Of a DNA stretch of 64,000 bases, positions 39,742 to 51,659 are shown one piece after another (position 1 is the first letter of the stretch; every line of letters starts with the position of its first letter). This DNA comes from Magallana gigas (taxonomy: Eukaryota). The translations under genes and the position numbers were made by a program. The notes under the pieces were generated by a model, which had not been told where the DNA came from, did no database searches, and worked only from the letters and a program-made list of their open reading frames with translations. The DNA lies in contig NC_088859.1 in NCBI RefSeq assembly GCF_963853765.1, positions 5,952,001-6,016,000 of the forward strand, in the 5' to 3' direction.

Positions 39742-40789
39742 TGTACAATTTGGTATAGCGATTCAACTAACGTTTTCAACTTGTGCTGCGATTATGCAAT
39801 TTGTTCGCTTTTTATAGACGATCTACCGCACGGTTGGATAGGGATGAGTTATCTGAGAGTTAAACAAACTTGTCTACCCGATATAATGTCGGGATTTCAA
39901 GAAAACCGAATTCGCAGAAAATACAGTTTAGAAAAAAGTTGAGTTAAAAATTGTGATTAATCAAAGATAATGAAGAATTTAGAAGTTTAAAGTGGAAACA
40001 CAATCAGATGTATACAAACTTAAATCACCGGTAATTTTAGAAATAAAACACCTTAACCAAGTGAAATGAAATATTGCTCTGAATGAATTAGACACCGAAA
40101 CAAGACAAAATAGTTAACAAGATTCGCATTTGAATAAGAAACAAAGTCGAGAATCCACCCGGTCTGATTTCAATATATCCCCAACACCTGCCGTCAGAGA
40201 AAGATGCGTCTTTTCAGTTGACATAAATTTAGAGGTAGTCTCGACTGAGATTCGGCTCAGTTTGATGTTTGGACGAACTCTGTGAAGCTTCAAACCGAGC
40301 CGAAAATCGGCCCATATAAGGATTGTTGCAAAAGCGCAACAACGCAATTACTAGTATACAATACGCTATTGCGCTAACGCGAGCTCACCCAGAAGGAATG
40401 TATTCATATATTATATATTTCAGATAAATTCATGGTTCCCAAAACGTAATATTGAAAATGACCAAATAAAATTTTTTTTTAGAAATTCCTCGATATATAT
40501 GAGTGCTCCGTTCTGCGTCTCAGGCGCAAACACGGCAGATCACAAACAAACACAGAATAGAATGGCTTTACATTCTCTTAAATGTGCAAATATCAGTTGC
40601 TCCCGAATAAAAGAACAGGTATAATGACTGTAAAATTCTGTCAAGTTTTTGTGTAAATAAAGGAAGACTCTTTTCCAGCTCTCAAAAAAGCAAGATGGAA
40701 ATACTATACATTACCGTATCGCATGGGGTATTACACAAAGCCAATTATGAAATCCTATCCTGATAACTTTGTTACCGAGATTCTTGAAA

Positions 40790-40791
<2 letters not shown>

Positions 40792-40848
<57 letters not shown>
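40792..40848. repeat. (CT)n microsatellite
   Basis: Uninterrupted TC run. Confidence 0.95.
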
Positions 40849-40851
<3 letters not shown>

Positions 40852-42399
40852 TTTTGACGAATGTAAGGCACATATATAAATGCATGCACACTAAAAGACT
40901 AATAGTTGCGCAATATTTTTGCCTTACATGTGAACCTCGATCACAACGAAACGATGGTTCCTAGAGTCAGTATTTACTCAGAGTACTGGAGAGAAACTTA
41001 AGCTTCCTGGTACCAATGCCGTAATGTACTCAATTCCACGGGAAAACACTAGTATTCAACAGGCGTTTACCTATTATGAAATTTAAAGGATAGCACAGAC
41101 ACCAAATCAAATTTTAGAAATTCAATTGATCGACTTAAACCGCCGATGGAAATTAATTTAAATTAATTTCCAATCAATTACACATACCGATGGTTATTGA
41201 TGAACCCTGCATCCAATTTTACAGTGGATATACACATGTATATACTGGGGTTTTTTTATTTTGTTTGTTTTGGGGTTTTTTTTTTTTGGGGGGGGGGGGG
41301 GGGAGGGGGGTATTTTAATTCTTTGTATTTACGCCACACATTGCAAGTAATGGTTTTATCCCAAAACTTTTGGGATATAATCATTACTTGCAATGTGTGG
41401 CGTAAATACCTTTTGGGCCAAAAGGTATAAATTTTATACGAGTAAACCGATCCGACCCTGGATCATTAGCCAATATAAGGGAGGAACTCTCGCGAACAAC
41501 ATGTAACACGATAACCCTTATAGCGTTACTAGATCCTTCAATTTGGGTTTGCTAGGGTAGAAAGCAGTGGATTTGACTTGGGTAATAGTTTTTTTTTCAT
41601 AAAAAAGTGCATACTTTCACATAGATGCAGGTCGTCCATCCGAATTTTTCAGACCGGGGGGGGGGGGGGCTACAGGCCTGCAGCAAACCTTAACATAAAT
41701 ACTTCCTTTGGTGTCGATTATTGTAGAACTTCATAAAATATGTCTAAATATCATCTAAAACATTAACTGAAATTCCGACCACCACCACCAACCCCTCCAC
41801 CCCAATACTCCGCTTATAGTATACATAGCAGTACATTGATGACAATGTTTTAGGTTTGGTATAAAACAGTGTGGTGTCAGTGCTGCACCACTGATTACAT
41901 TATGTTGTGATATCAGTCAATTATTATCTATAAGCGCTTAAAATACATCTTCTCAAAACGTGCAGTTTACAAAAATCTCGATGTTTTGGTGGGTTCTCAC
42001 TATACGTAGCAACAGCGGTTGTACAGTATTTTCATCCAACTTGTAATACTACACGATATCGTACTATACACGAGACTATATACCATCAAGATATTAATAT
42101 CAATGCAACAGATCAAAATACCAACATGACATCAATGCTTTTTAATCCATTATGCCGTTTTGATACCGATCTATACCATTGCGATAACATATGGCTATTC
42201 CACCAAATAAAACACTCGTCTGATATTTTAGTATTGCTATTGGATATTGAAATTACAACTGTGATATCAATGTTGTATATATGTATGTCAGATACCAAAC
42301 AAAACTAAACCATCAAATACTGTGCTGTTATATAACTATTGTTTGTACTACTGTAGCATCACTGATTATTGATATCTTGCATCACATTAATATCGATAT

Positions 42400-43370
42400 C
42401 ATACTGTTACTAGGACACTGTTGTGATATAAGTTTTAAACCATTGTATTCATCATTGTAATATCAGTGTTATACCATCGTAGTTATCATTGTGACGTCAG
42501 TGATATACCATTGTATCCATCATTGAGTTATCAGTGATATACCATTTAATTTATATTGTGACATTTTTATACCATTTTATTTATCATTATGATATCAGTG
42601 TTATATCATTGTATCCATAACTATGACATCTGTGTTAAATCATTGTGTTCTTCATTTTGATGTCAGTGTAAAACAATTGTATTCATCATTGAGACATCAG
42701 TGGTATACCATTGTATCCATCATGGTGATGTCAGTATCATACCATGGTATCAAACAGTGTGATATCAGTGTTATACCATTTTAATCATCATTGTGATATC
42801 AGTGGTATACTATTGTATCCACCATTGTTATTTCAGTGTTCTACAATTGTATCCATCATTCTGAAATCAGTGTTATACATTGTATACATCAATTGTGGTA
42901 TCAGTGTTATACCATTATATTCATGGTATACAAATGTATTCATCACTGTAATATCAGTGTTTAACATTGTATCTATCATAGTGTATAACTGTTATTCCGT
43001 TGTATTCATTACTGAGATAATATAAGTGTTATACCAATGATTGTATTCATTATTGTAATATCAGTGGAATACCATTGTATTTATCACTGTGATATCAGTG
43101 GTATACCATTGTACTCATTGCTGTTATATCAATGTTATACCATTGTATCCATCATAGTGATATCAGTGTTATACCATTGTATTTATCATTAAGATATCAC
43201 TTTTATACTTTTGTATTTGTCATATTGATATCAATTTTATACCATAGTATTTATCATTGTGATTCAGTGTTATACCATAGCATTCATCAATGTATTAACA
43301 TTGTATTCACTATTGTGATATCAGTGTTATACCATTGTATTCATTTTTGTGATACTGGTGTTATACTACT
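42400..43370 (+). repeat. 34-bp minisatellite array, roughly 28 diverged units
   Basis: Consensus cattgtgatatcagtgttataccattgtattcat; cagtg landmarks at 42464, 42498, 42532, 42664, 42698, 42732, 42766. Confidence 0.85.
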
Positions 43371-43755
43371 TTATTACATACTTAGTAATAAATACAGGTT
43401 TTTTGCACATGTGATACAGATGACATCACAAAATCCGTATCGGCCTCCGGGGCTGATACAGGTTATCAGCCCTCCAGGGCTGATACGGATCCGTATCACA
43501 CCCCTTGCAGAACTCCTCTGCCCTTTTTCGCTTTGGCATTTTTGCATGTTTACAGACGAAAAATAAAACATTTTCAGTAACAGTCGACATTTTTAAGTGC
43601 AGTTGAAAACTTCAAATGCTAGCAAATGTTTTAAAGCTCATATTTTTATCAAATACATGTACATGTCCAGACTTTTTTCAAATGATATGAATAATCAATT
43701 TGTTCAAGTTGATTGGTTTTCTTTTAAAATTTATTACTAAGTATGTAATAAATAT

Positions 43756-43892
43756 AATAATAGATACCCTTTTCCATATCACAGCTTGTATCAGCCCTCG
43801 ACCAATATCAACCCTCGGGCCTTCGGCCCTTGGGCTGATATTGGAGTCTCGGGCTGATACAAGCTGTGATATGGAAAAGGGTATGTATTATT
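43756..43892. repeat. Long palindrome/hairpin with a perfect 34-bp outer stem
   Basis: 43764-43797 is the exact reverse complement of 43851-43884; the inner region is also largely self-complementary around a ttc loop. Confidence 0.9.
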
Positions 43893-44926
43893 CTCTATGT
43901 ATTAAATTCATCATTGTTATATCAGTCAGGTTTGACACATCAAACCAGATCCATGCAAGAATAAGTTGACATTTTTTTTATTTCCTGACTTCATGATCTA
44001 CATTGTAGATATATGATTATGTAGATATTTGCTGCAATAATGTAGCCATCTCCGATTTTTTTTATATCTGATGTTTACTTTGCCTGAATGGTAGCTTATG
44101 CTATATAAATCCATAGACAATTTTGGAAAAAATAGCTGGGTATTGAATATACACAGAACAAGCTCACAGGAAGCAGAACAGAATAGAATTTTTGCTTTAC
44201 ATAATACATGCATGTGGCATTACATTACATTACATGGCATGTAATTCATATTGAGTTAATGCACTGAAGTAGCAATTCTTGAGTTTTTATGTTTTTATGA
44301 TTATACCTAAGAATATTGTATTCTTAAAAACCAAGTAAGAATCATGTAACTTAATACAATGCCTTCATCAGAAACATAAAAGTTGCATAATTATAACCTT
44401 ATAGGAAACCCAAGGTTATAGTCTGTTCAACTATCTTCAATGGCTTTTAACAATGAAACACCACTACAAGAAGTAAAGAACCACTCTATCTAGCAGGGAT
44501 AAATAAATCATTAGCACTTGACATTAAAATATTTCATATTCAAAGGTAGAATTTCTTTTTTTAAAACATAAGGGCGTACAGATAAAACGCATTTGGTAAA
44601 TATATAAGTAATATATTTGGCCATGTTTTTCTTTAAGCATTTTTGGTGGAAAACCCACTTCTGCTATTGAGTACACTGCTACGTATTATTTGTATATAAA
44701 TAAGAATGGAGACATTTAGAAATACCTGAATTCAAATCCACTAGAACTGAAAAATCATTTTTCCGCCACATATTGCACACGCTGAATATAACACGCTTAC
44801 AGTAACAATCTTAACACCAGGCTTTGAAATTATTAATTACATTATTGGTATAAAAAATTATTGCTCCACAAACTAAAACCAATATTTTCAAACACAGAAA
44901 AAACCTTGCTCTTTATATCATTGATA

Positions 44927-44931
<5 letters not shown>

Positions 44932-44957
<26 letters not shown>

Positions 44958-44958
44958 A
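44932..44958. repeat. (CT)n microsatellite
   Basis: Short TC run. Confidence 0.9.
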
Positions 44959-45424
44959 TATTTGTGTTTATCAATCTATACTTAGATACATGCAAGTGCC
45001 ATAAGGTTATTAAACTGTTAATCCTGACAATCCACAGTACAATTTAACCTATGGCAAGTCCAGCTCCCACAGTAAAACCTTTGGCAAGGAACTGAACAAC
45101 AGTTACTGTAAATTCCAATTAATTGTTCTCTGGATACCAAAATAAAAACATGTCAAAATCATAACAAGGTACACTTTTTTTTATCTCTTTCAAAAATAAA
45201 TAATTATATATAAATGTACCAGGTATAAACTATATATAAATATGTGACATCACACAGAACAATGCAATGACTTGTAATAAAATGTCTAGAGTGAAATCTA
45301 TATTCTGGACCACGGACAGATTGACACACAAGAACTGGTCTCTACTGGATGATTCTGAGGGAGGGAGAGGGGGCCGGGGTGTTGACTGATGTGGATGGAG
45401 GGGGCGGGGGTTATTTGGACGGCC

Positions 45425-48400
45425 TCAGGTTCCAGCATAGCTGATCAGACACAGAGGCATGACCTGTGAGATGTTATAAACGATATATTCCTCATTGTAG
45501 ACCATATCACCCACTCCCTGTGAAGTATGAAGACGACCGGGTGTCTGAAAGAAATCAATGGGAAAAGTCAGAAATACTGGTACGTGAAAGAAATCAAAGG
45601 GGAGTCAGAAATGTGAGCAAAAAAAAATTAGCAAAAATGAGTTGTTTACACATTTGAAAGCGTTGCCAATATATGGGTACTTTATTTATTTGGATGATAA
45701 AACTTTATTATGAGTTCTTTTTGCCTGACAAAAGAATCAAAGAAAGCAATAAATTTTTCCACAAAATGGGTTCTGACTTACAATGATGGAATCAAACTCC
45801 GGACTACTGGGGGATTTCCGGGTTTTATCCTGTTTGCTGACTGTCTCAATGTTACCTAGGCCAACCTCCACAAGGAGAATTTTCTCATGCTGAAAAATTA
45901 ATTTAACAAATACATCTATTTCATCCATAAAAATATTTTTGTGATATCTGAGAAAAAGACTGAATGCAAAAATTTGTCTTGTTTGAAGAATTGTGAGCTA
46001 TTTCTTCCTTAATTAAATCATATATTACATTGTGAATTTCAAATTTCTAGTGCACAAAGCCCTCCAAAATTGTAGAATCCCTTAAGTGGTGTGGTCACAT
46101 TTAAGATATTTTTTGTTGAATGTATTACGAATGTGTTACGAATGAATAATAAACCCTTAAAGTAGCAATACCCTACAAATTAACCCTAATTTTCTTGTTT
46201 TAAACTTAAAAAAAAGCTGCACATTTTCAAGGTTTCAATATTTTAATTCATTCAAAAGAATAAAAAGAGTTTTCAAGGTTACATCACCAATGCTCATCTT
46301 TCAATGTAAATTTTTTTCAATTATTATCATAGAAAAGTTATATTATAATTAAGAAAGAAACATTGTCTGGTCACCAATTCATATGTGCAATGTACATGTA
46401 TTCACTTGCAGGTAAATGACATTAAGTACATGGGCAATAGACAACACTCACTGCAGAAAACTGCGCAGCTTTAGAAGGATACTTGGAAAAATATAACCCT
46501 CGTCCAAATTCCCCAAACACAAAATCTGTAAAGAGAAAAATAATAGTTTAAGTTCCACTTCTTGATTGTCAGTGTTACGTACATAAGAATGTCTGGGGGG
46601 ATGCAGTGCTAAATACATGTCTGGTGTTTTTAATACCAGTTTTATTGCCGCCCTTAACTTGATGACAATAGTCACAAAGCTTAACTGCTTGTTAAATACA
46701 ATGCATATACACGTAATTCTAAACATTCAAAGACACCATTTTGGATTACATGCATTGTTCAAAGTGACAAATGTTTCAATACACTTCTCATCTTTCAGCA
46801 AGTGTTGAATTTTAACAATGAAAATCTTATCTTTCAACACAATAGACTTACAACTCCCCTAAATTAGCATACCCGTTCCTGCCGAACCCATTTCTGAGGA
46901 AAGTTGTATTCTTTCTATTCAAAGTTTTATGTGTTACTTTACAATGAAATAGTTTTTGTAAGATTCCTAAAGCATTTACAAAATAAAAGAAACATTACAA
47001 ACACATGTAGCTTTACTTTGCTTTATTTTATACATCACATTGTGTAACATCTATACTATTGTACCCCAGTCCATCCAAAGAAAATGAATGTTATAACTGC
47101 TTAAGGTGGAATGGGACACCTCCATATTAAGATTCACTTTCCATTTAATTATACAATACAAGTGAAAAGCTGTCAATGTGACAGCAAACCGTGTTTTCAT
47201 TTATGTATCCATAATCCATGTCAACTCGTATCCAGTGAAATGAAGTACCCTATATGCAATATTTTGCCAAAAAATGACTAAGTTCAAAAGCTGGGTTTTT
47301 TTCATAAATTATCAGAAATCAAAATCCTAGCAATATGCACACCTCTAATATAAGTACAATTGATTTGCGAAAGAACAACTTCTTATCTTGAAAACTGTAG
47401 GAGGAGTTATCCGTACAATGAGGGTACCCAAAATGCAATATTTTGCCAAAAAATGACTAAGTTCAAAAGTTGGTATTTTTTTCATAAATTATCGGAAATC
47501 AAAATCCTAGCAATATGCACACCTCTGATATATGTACAATTAATCTGCAAAAGATCAACTTCGTTTCTTGAGAACTGTAGGAGGAGTTATCCGTTCAATG
47601 AGGGTATCCTATATGCAATATTTTGCCAAAAAATGACGAATTTCAAAAGTTGGTATTTTTTTCATAAATTATCGGAAATCAAAATCCTAGCAATATGCAC
47701 ACCTCTGATATATGTACAATTGATCTGCAAAAGAACTAATTCCTATCTTGAAAACTGTAGGAGGAATTATCCATACAATGAGGGTACCCTTTTGGCAGCC
47801 GCCCGCCCACCCATCCGCCATTTTCACCATTTTAATAACCCGATTTTTCCGTTGGAAAACCCGGTTAAAAATCATGTGTAATTTCATAATTCTTTTTCTT
47901 TCCAAAACTTGTAATCCAACAGCGTAGCGCAGTGGGTTAGAGTATTAGCTATGCAGCTGTGAGTCATGAGTTCGATCCCGTGTTGAGTTTTATCAATTTT
48001 ACCTTTCCAAAAAATTTTTAAAAAACATATTCTGGTCAAATATTGTAAACATTTGAAAATCATAAAATGGTGAAAGTATTTTGAGTATAATGTACTTTTA
48101 TCCACATTAATAATGATCGGTGTCCATACCACCTTAAATCAAAAAATAAAATAAAATGCAATCAATTTGAATCATAACAGCAGGTAAAGTACTTCAAAGA
48201 CCTCAACTCCAGACATTGAAAATTCTAGGAACTGTCCTCTAGCTGAGACACTTATTCATAGTTGATGGGTTTTTACTTCCAATTCTTTCAAGCATCGATG
48301 CATTATAACAAGACACTTGTGTATTCAATTGTCAATTTAAATCTTGACTATATTTTCCTTGAAACCAACAATCAATACCCAGGTACACGCCTAATTTACA

Positions 48401-50472
48401 CTGAATCATAATGTAATCGTGTGACATAATCACTGCCTCAATCTTATGATGCATCATTAAAATTTCTGACCTTGCTCTTTGATGCTGTTTTTGGACTATG
48501 TCTAAGCTATCACAACGATCAAATCATTATCTGACCTTGCTCTTTGAAGCCATGTTTGATGATGTCGTTCAGTCTCTCGGGGTGCTCTAGACCCCCACAG
48601 AAATAGAGGTCGGCAATCAAGGTTGGTTCCTTCATTCTCTTGATCTGCTCCCTATATTTCTCCACATAGGAATCGGTCAATGTCGCCTGTCAAAAGACAC
48701 ACAAATCAGTTAATTGCTACTAGAAAATTCAAAACAATTAACTTAGTTACATTATATAAAAACCAGTAAAAAAATTGTGGATTTTTTCCTAAAAAATAAC
48801 TAGAACTTTGAAGAATGTAAAAATCTATCAATTTAAGAGAAAACAAAGCAAGATAATTTTTCCTCAATTAAGGGTCAACTTTGATTAATCACAAAATCAA
48901 GGTAGCTCGAATGCCTGAAACCTTCACAAATAAATGAAACTTATTTTAAAAATCAACGCTATTCACTGTTTGAGAAACAAAGTTATAATGAAACATGATC
49001 AAAACAAACTGCATCCATTAAGAATTTAAGTCATTTGAACAAAGTCAATTGAAAGTTCAATAGCTTTCCGGTTGTCTACTAATCCCTTAATCATCAACAT
49101 AAAAGTTTTTTAAAAATGCCTTGACATTATTGATATACCATATATCAGTTTTTTTCCATGTTATGTTTTTTTCCTCAAATCAGTTTTCACTATTTCAAAG
49201 TCTTAATGAAAATATAATTCATGGTTGTTTAAACCTGTGAAGTAAGAGGGAAAAAAATACCTGTATTCATAATTTCCATTCTTAATAATGAAAAATTTGG
49301 ACAATGAGACCATTTACATGATTTCCACAATGTGAAATAATTACCGATAATTTTTTCTGAGATGCAAAAAATTATAGATCAATAGATCATGAATCGTTAA
49401 ATATACCAATAGGCTAATTAGGTCTGACAGGTATAATTAGACATTGGTTTACACAGGAAACGTAACCACTTCAATTAGCTTGTCAATGCAGTTTATGCTA
49501 ATTTATTTTCAGTGATTCAGAAATTGTCATAAACAAAGCGGCAATTGGATATACACATGAAATAAAACTGATAAAAGGTATGCTATGAAAATCTTAAGAA
49601 ATCTGAGTAATTGACAGTGATATATATAATGTATTCTTTTACAGGAAAAACCTGTTAAAGTATTACACACAGCAAGTAACTTAACAAAACTTGATATATT
49701 TATTTTCTCAAAAGTTATATTAAAAGTTTTTTTTCTCTCAGATATCACAGACTAAGATACTTGCAAATAGATAATCTGACACACCAACCTTAGAAATAGT
49801 TGTGACTTCATAACTCCCCTTGATTTGTGGGTCTAATTTCATTCCTTTCTTGAATTGTTCCGTTACATCGTAGAAGAATGCGGCATCCTTCATGTGGTCG
49901 TATGGTTCTCCTTGCTTCTTATTTCTTGTTGTTGGGAATGACATGTATTGGCTCTCATCTTTTAGGAACAGTCAAATTCAATTACATTTCAATTTTGTAC
50001 TGCATGAATATAGTAAAACATAGATTTAGCAAACATGCATATAAATAAGAAAAATATGTCCCTATTCTTAAAATGTACCATTAAACTCTACAGACATACT
50101 GTAAACCAATTTTTATTTTATAGCGCAAGAAATCTTTTCAAGGTTTGTGAAAGCTGCCTCGTCATCACAATTCAATATTTTCTGCCACGAACCAATCCTC
50201 AAAAGTAAATGAAATTTTATTTTCAAGATTTTAAACTATAATTTAATGATCACAAAAGTTAGTCATTGCAAACCGCAGATTATCTCTGGTAAATTGCAAA
50301 ACAAAAACATTGCAAATAAAAGTTGGTTTACAGTTATTATTGTAACAAATTACATCAAAAGCAGAACATGCTATAAATTGATATAATCAGACACACAGCA
50401 CATATTCAAAACCACATTTGATGCTCCTCTACATATTTTAAATTTGTTCATTTTAGCTAGAGCAATATTAAC

Positions 50473-50506
<34 letters not shown>

Positions 50507-51627
50507 GAACAATAGGTATGATAAAGTCAGCTTAATGGAGTCATAATACAAACAATCTGGACAATGTACAATAAGATATGTAGATCCTGTATAAATAAAA
50601 TCCATTTTTCCCCCTGGATATTCTTATGTTTATAATCATTAGTCCCTTTTCCAACAGGATGATTTTATAGTCATATCACTTGTTGAGTATTGCAGTTCTC
50701 AAAAAGATCCTTAACAATTGTTTATATATTGGATATAAAGCTACATCAAACTCTGAACCTTCTTGTGAGGCCGAAGAATTGTCCTGGAGCCAAAGTCTTA
50801 ACAATTATAAAGAATCATCTGGCTGATTAGTTTCTGAGAAGAAGATTTTTAAAAATTTACTCTATATATTCCTATGTAAAACTTCGACCCCCCATTGTGG
50901 CCCCACCCTACCCCCGGGGGTCATGATTTTCACAACTTTGAATCTACACTACTTGAGGATGCTTCCACACAAGTTTCAGCTTTCCTGGCTGATTAGTTTC
51001 TGAGAAGAAGATTTTTAAAGATTTACTCTATATATTCCTTTGTAAAATTTCGACCCCCCCCCCCCCTTGTGGCCCCACCCTAACCCCCGGGGTCATGATT
51101 TTCACAACTTTGAATCTACACTACTTGAGGATGCTTCCACACAAGTTTCAGCTTTCCTGGCTGATTAGTTTCTGAGAAGAAGATTTTTAAAGATTTACTC
51201 CATATATTCCTTTGTAAAACTTCGACCCCCCATTGTGGCCCCACCCTACCCCCGGGGGTCATGATTTTCACAACTTATAATCTACACTACCTGAGGATGC
51301 TTCCACACAAGTTTCAGCTTTACTGGCTGATTAGTTTCTGAGAAGAAGATTTTTAAAGATTTACTCTATATATTCCTATGTAAAATTTCGACCCCCCCCC
51401 CCCTTGTGGCCCCACCCTAACCCCCGGGGTCATTAATTTCACAACTTTTAATCTACACTACTTGAGGATGCGTCCACACAAGTTTCAGCTTTCCTGGCTT
51501 TCTGGTTCTTGAGAAGAAGATTTTTGAAAATATCTCGAAATTTTTCATTAATGTCTAATTATCTCCCCTTGAAAACGGGTGTGGCCCTTAATTTTCCCAA
51601 CTTTGAATCCCCTTTGCCTAAGGATGA

Positions 51628-51659
<32 letters not shown>

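Noticed and set aside
42744-43566. Cys/His/Ile-rich ORFs resembling a metal-binding repeat protein
   Set aside because: They translate a 34-bp minisatellite whose period is not a multiple of 3; no splice structure.
46870-46890. Possible 21-nt micro-exon (KWVRQER) with cag/gtatgc boundaries in the PARP region
   Set aside because: Phase 0-0 does not fit the phase-1 intron it lies in.
47360-47881. 173-aa ORF with three 60-aa repeats
   Set aside because: Chance open frame in the 180-bp transposon array; no recognisable domain.
47921-47985. Functional tRNA gene
   Set aside because: A and B boxes are present, but I could not form a clean acceptor or anticodon stem, and it lies inside a repeated element.
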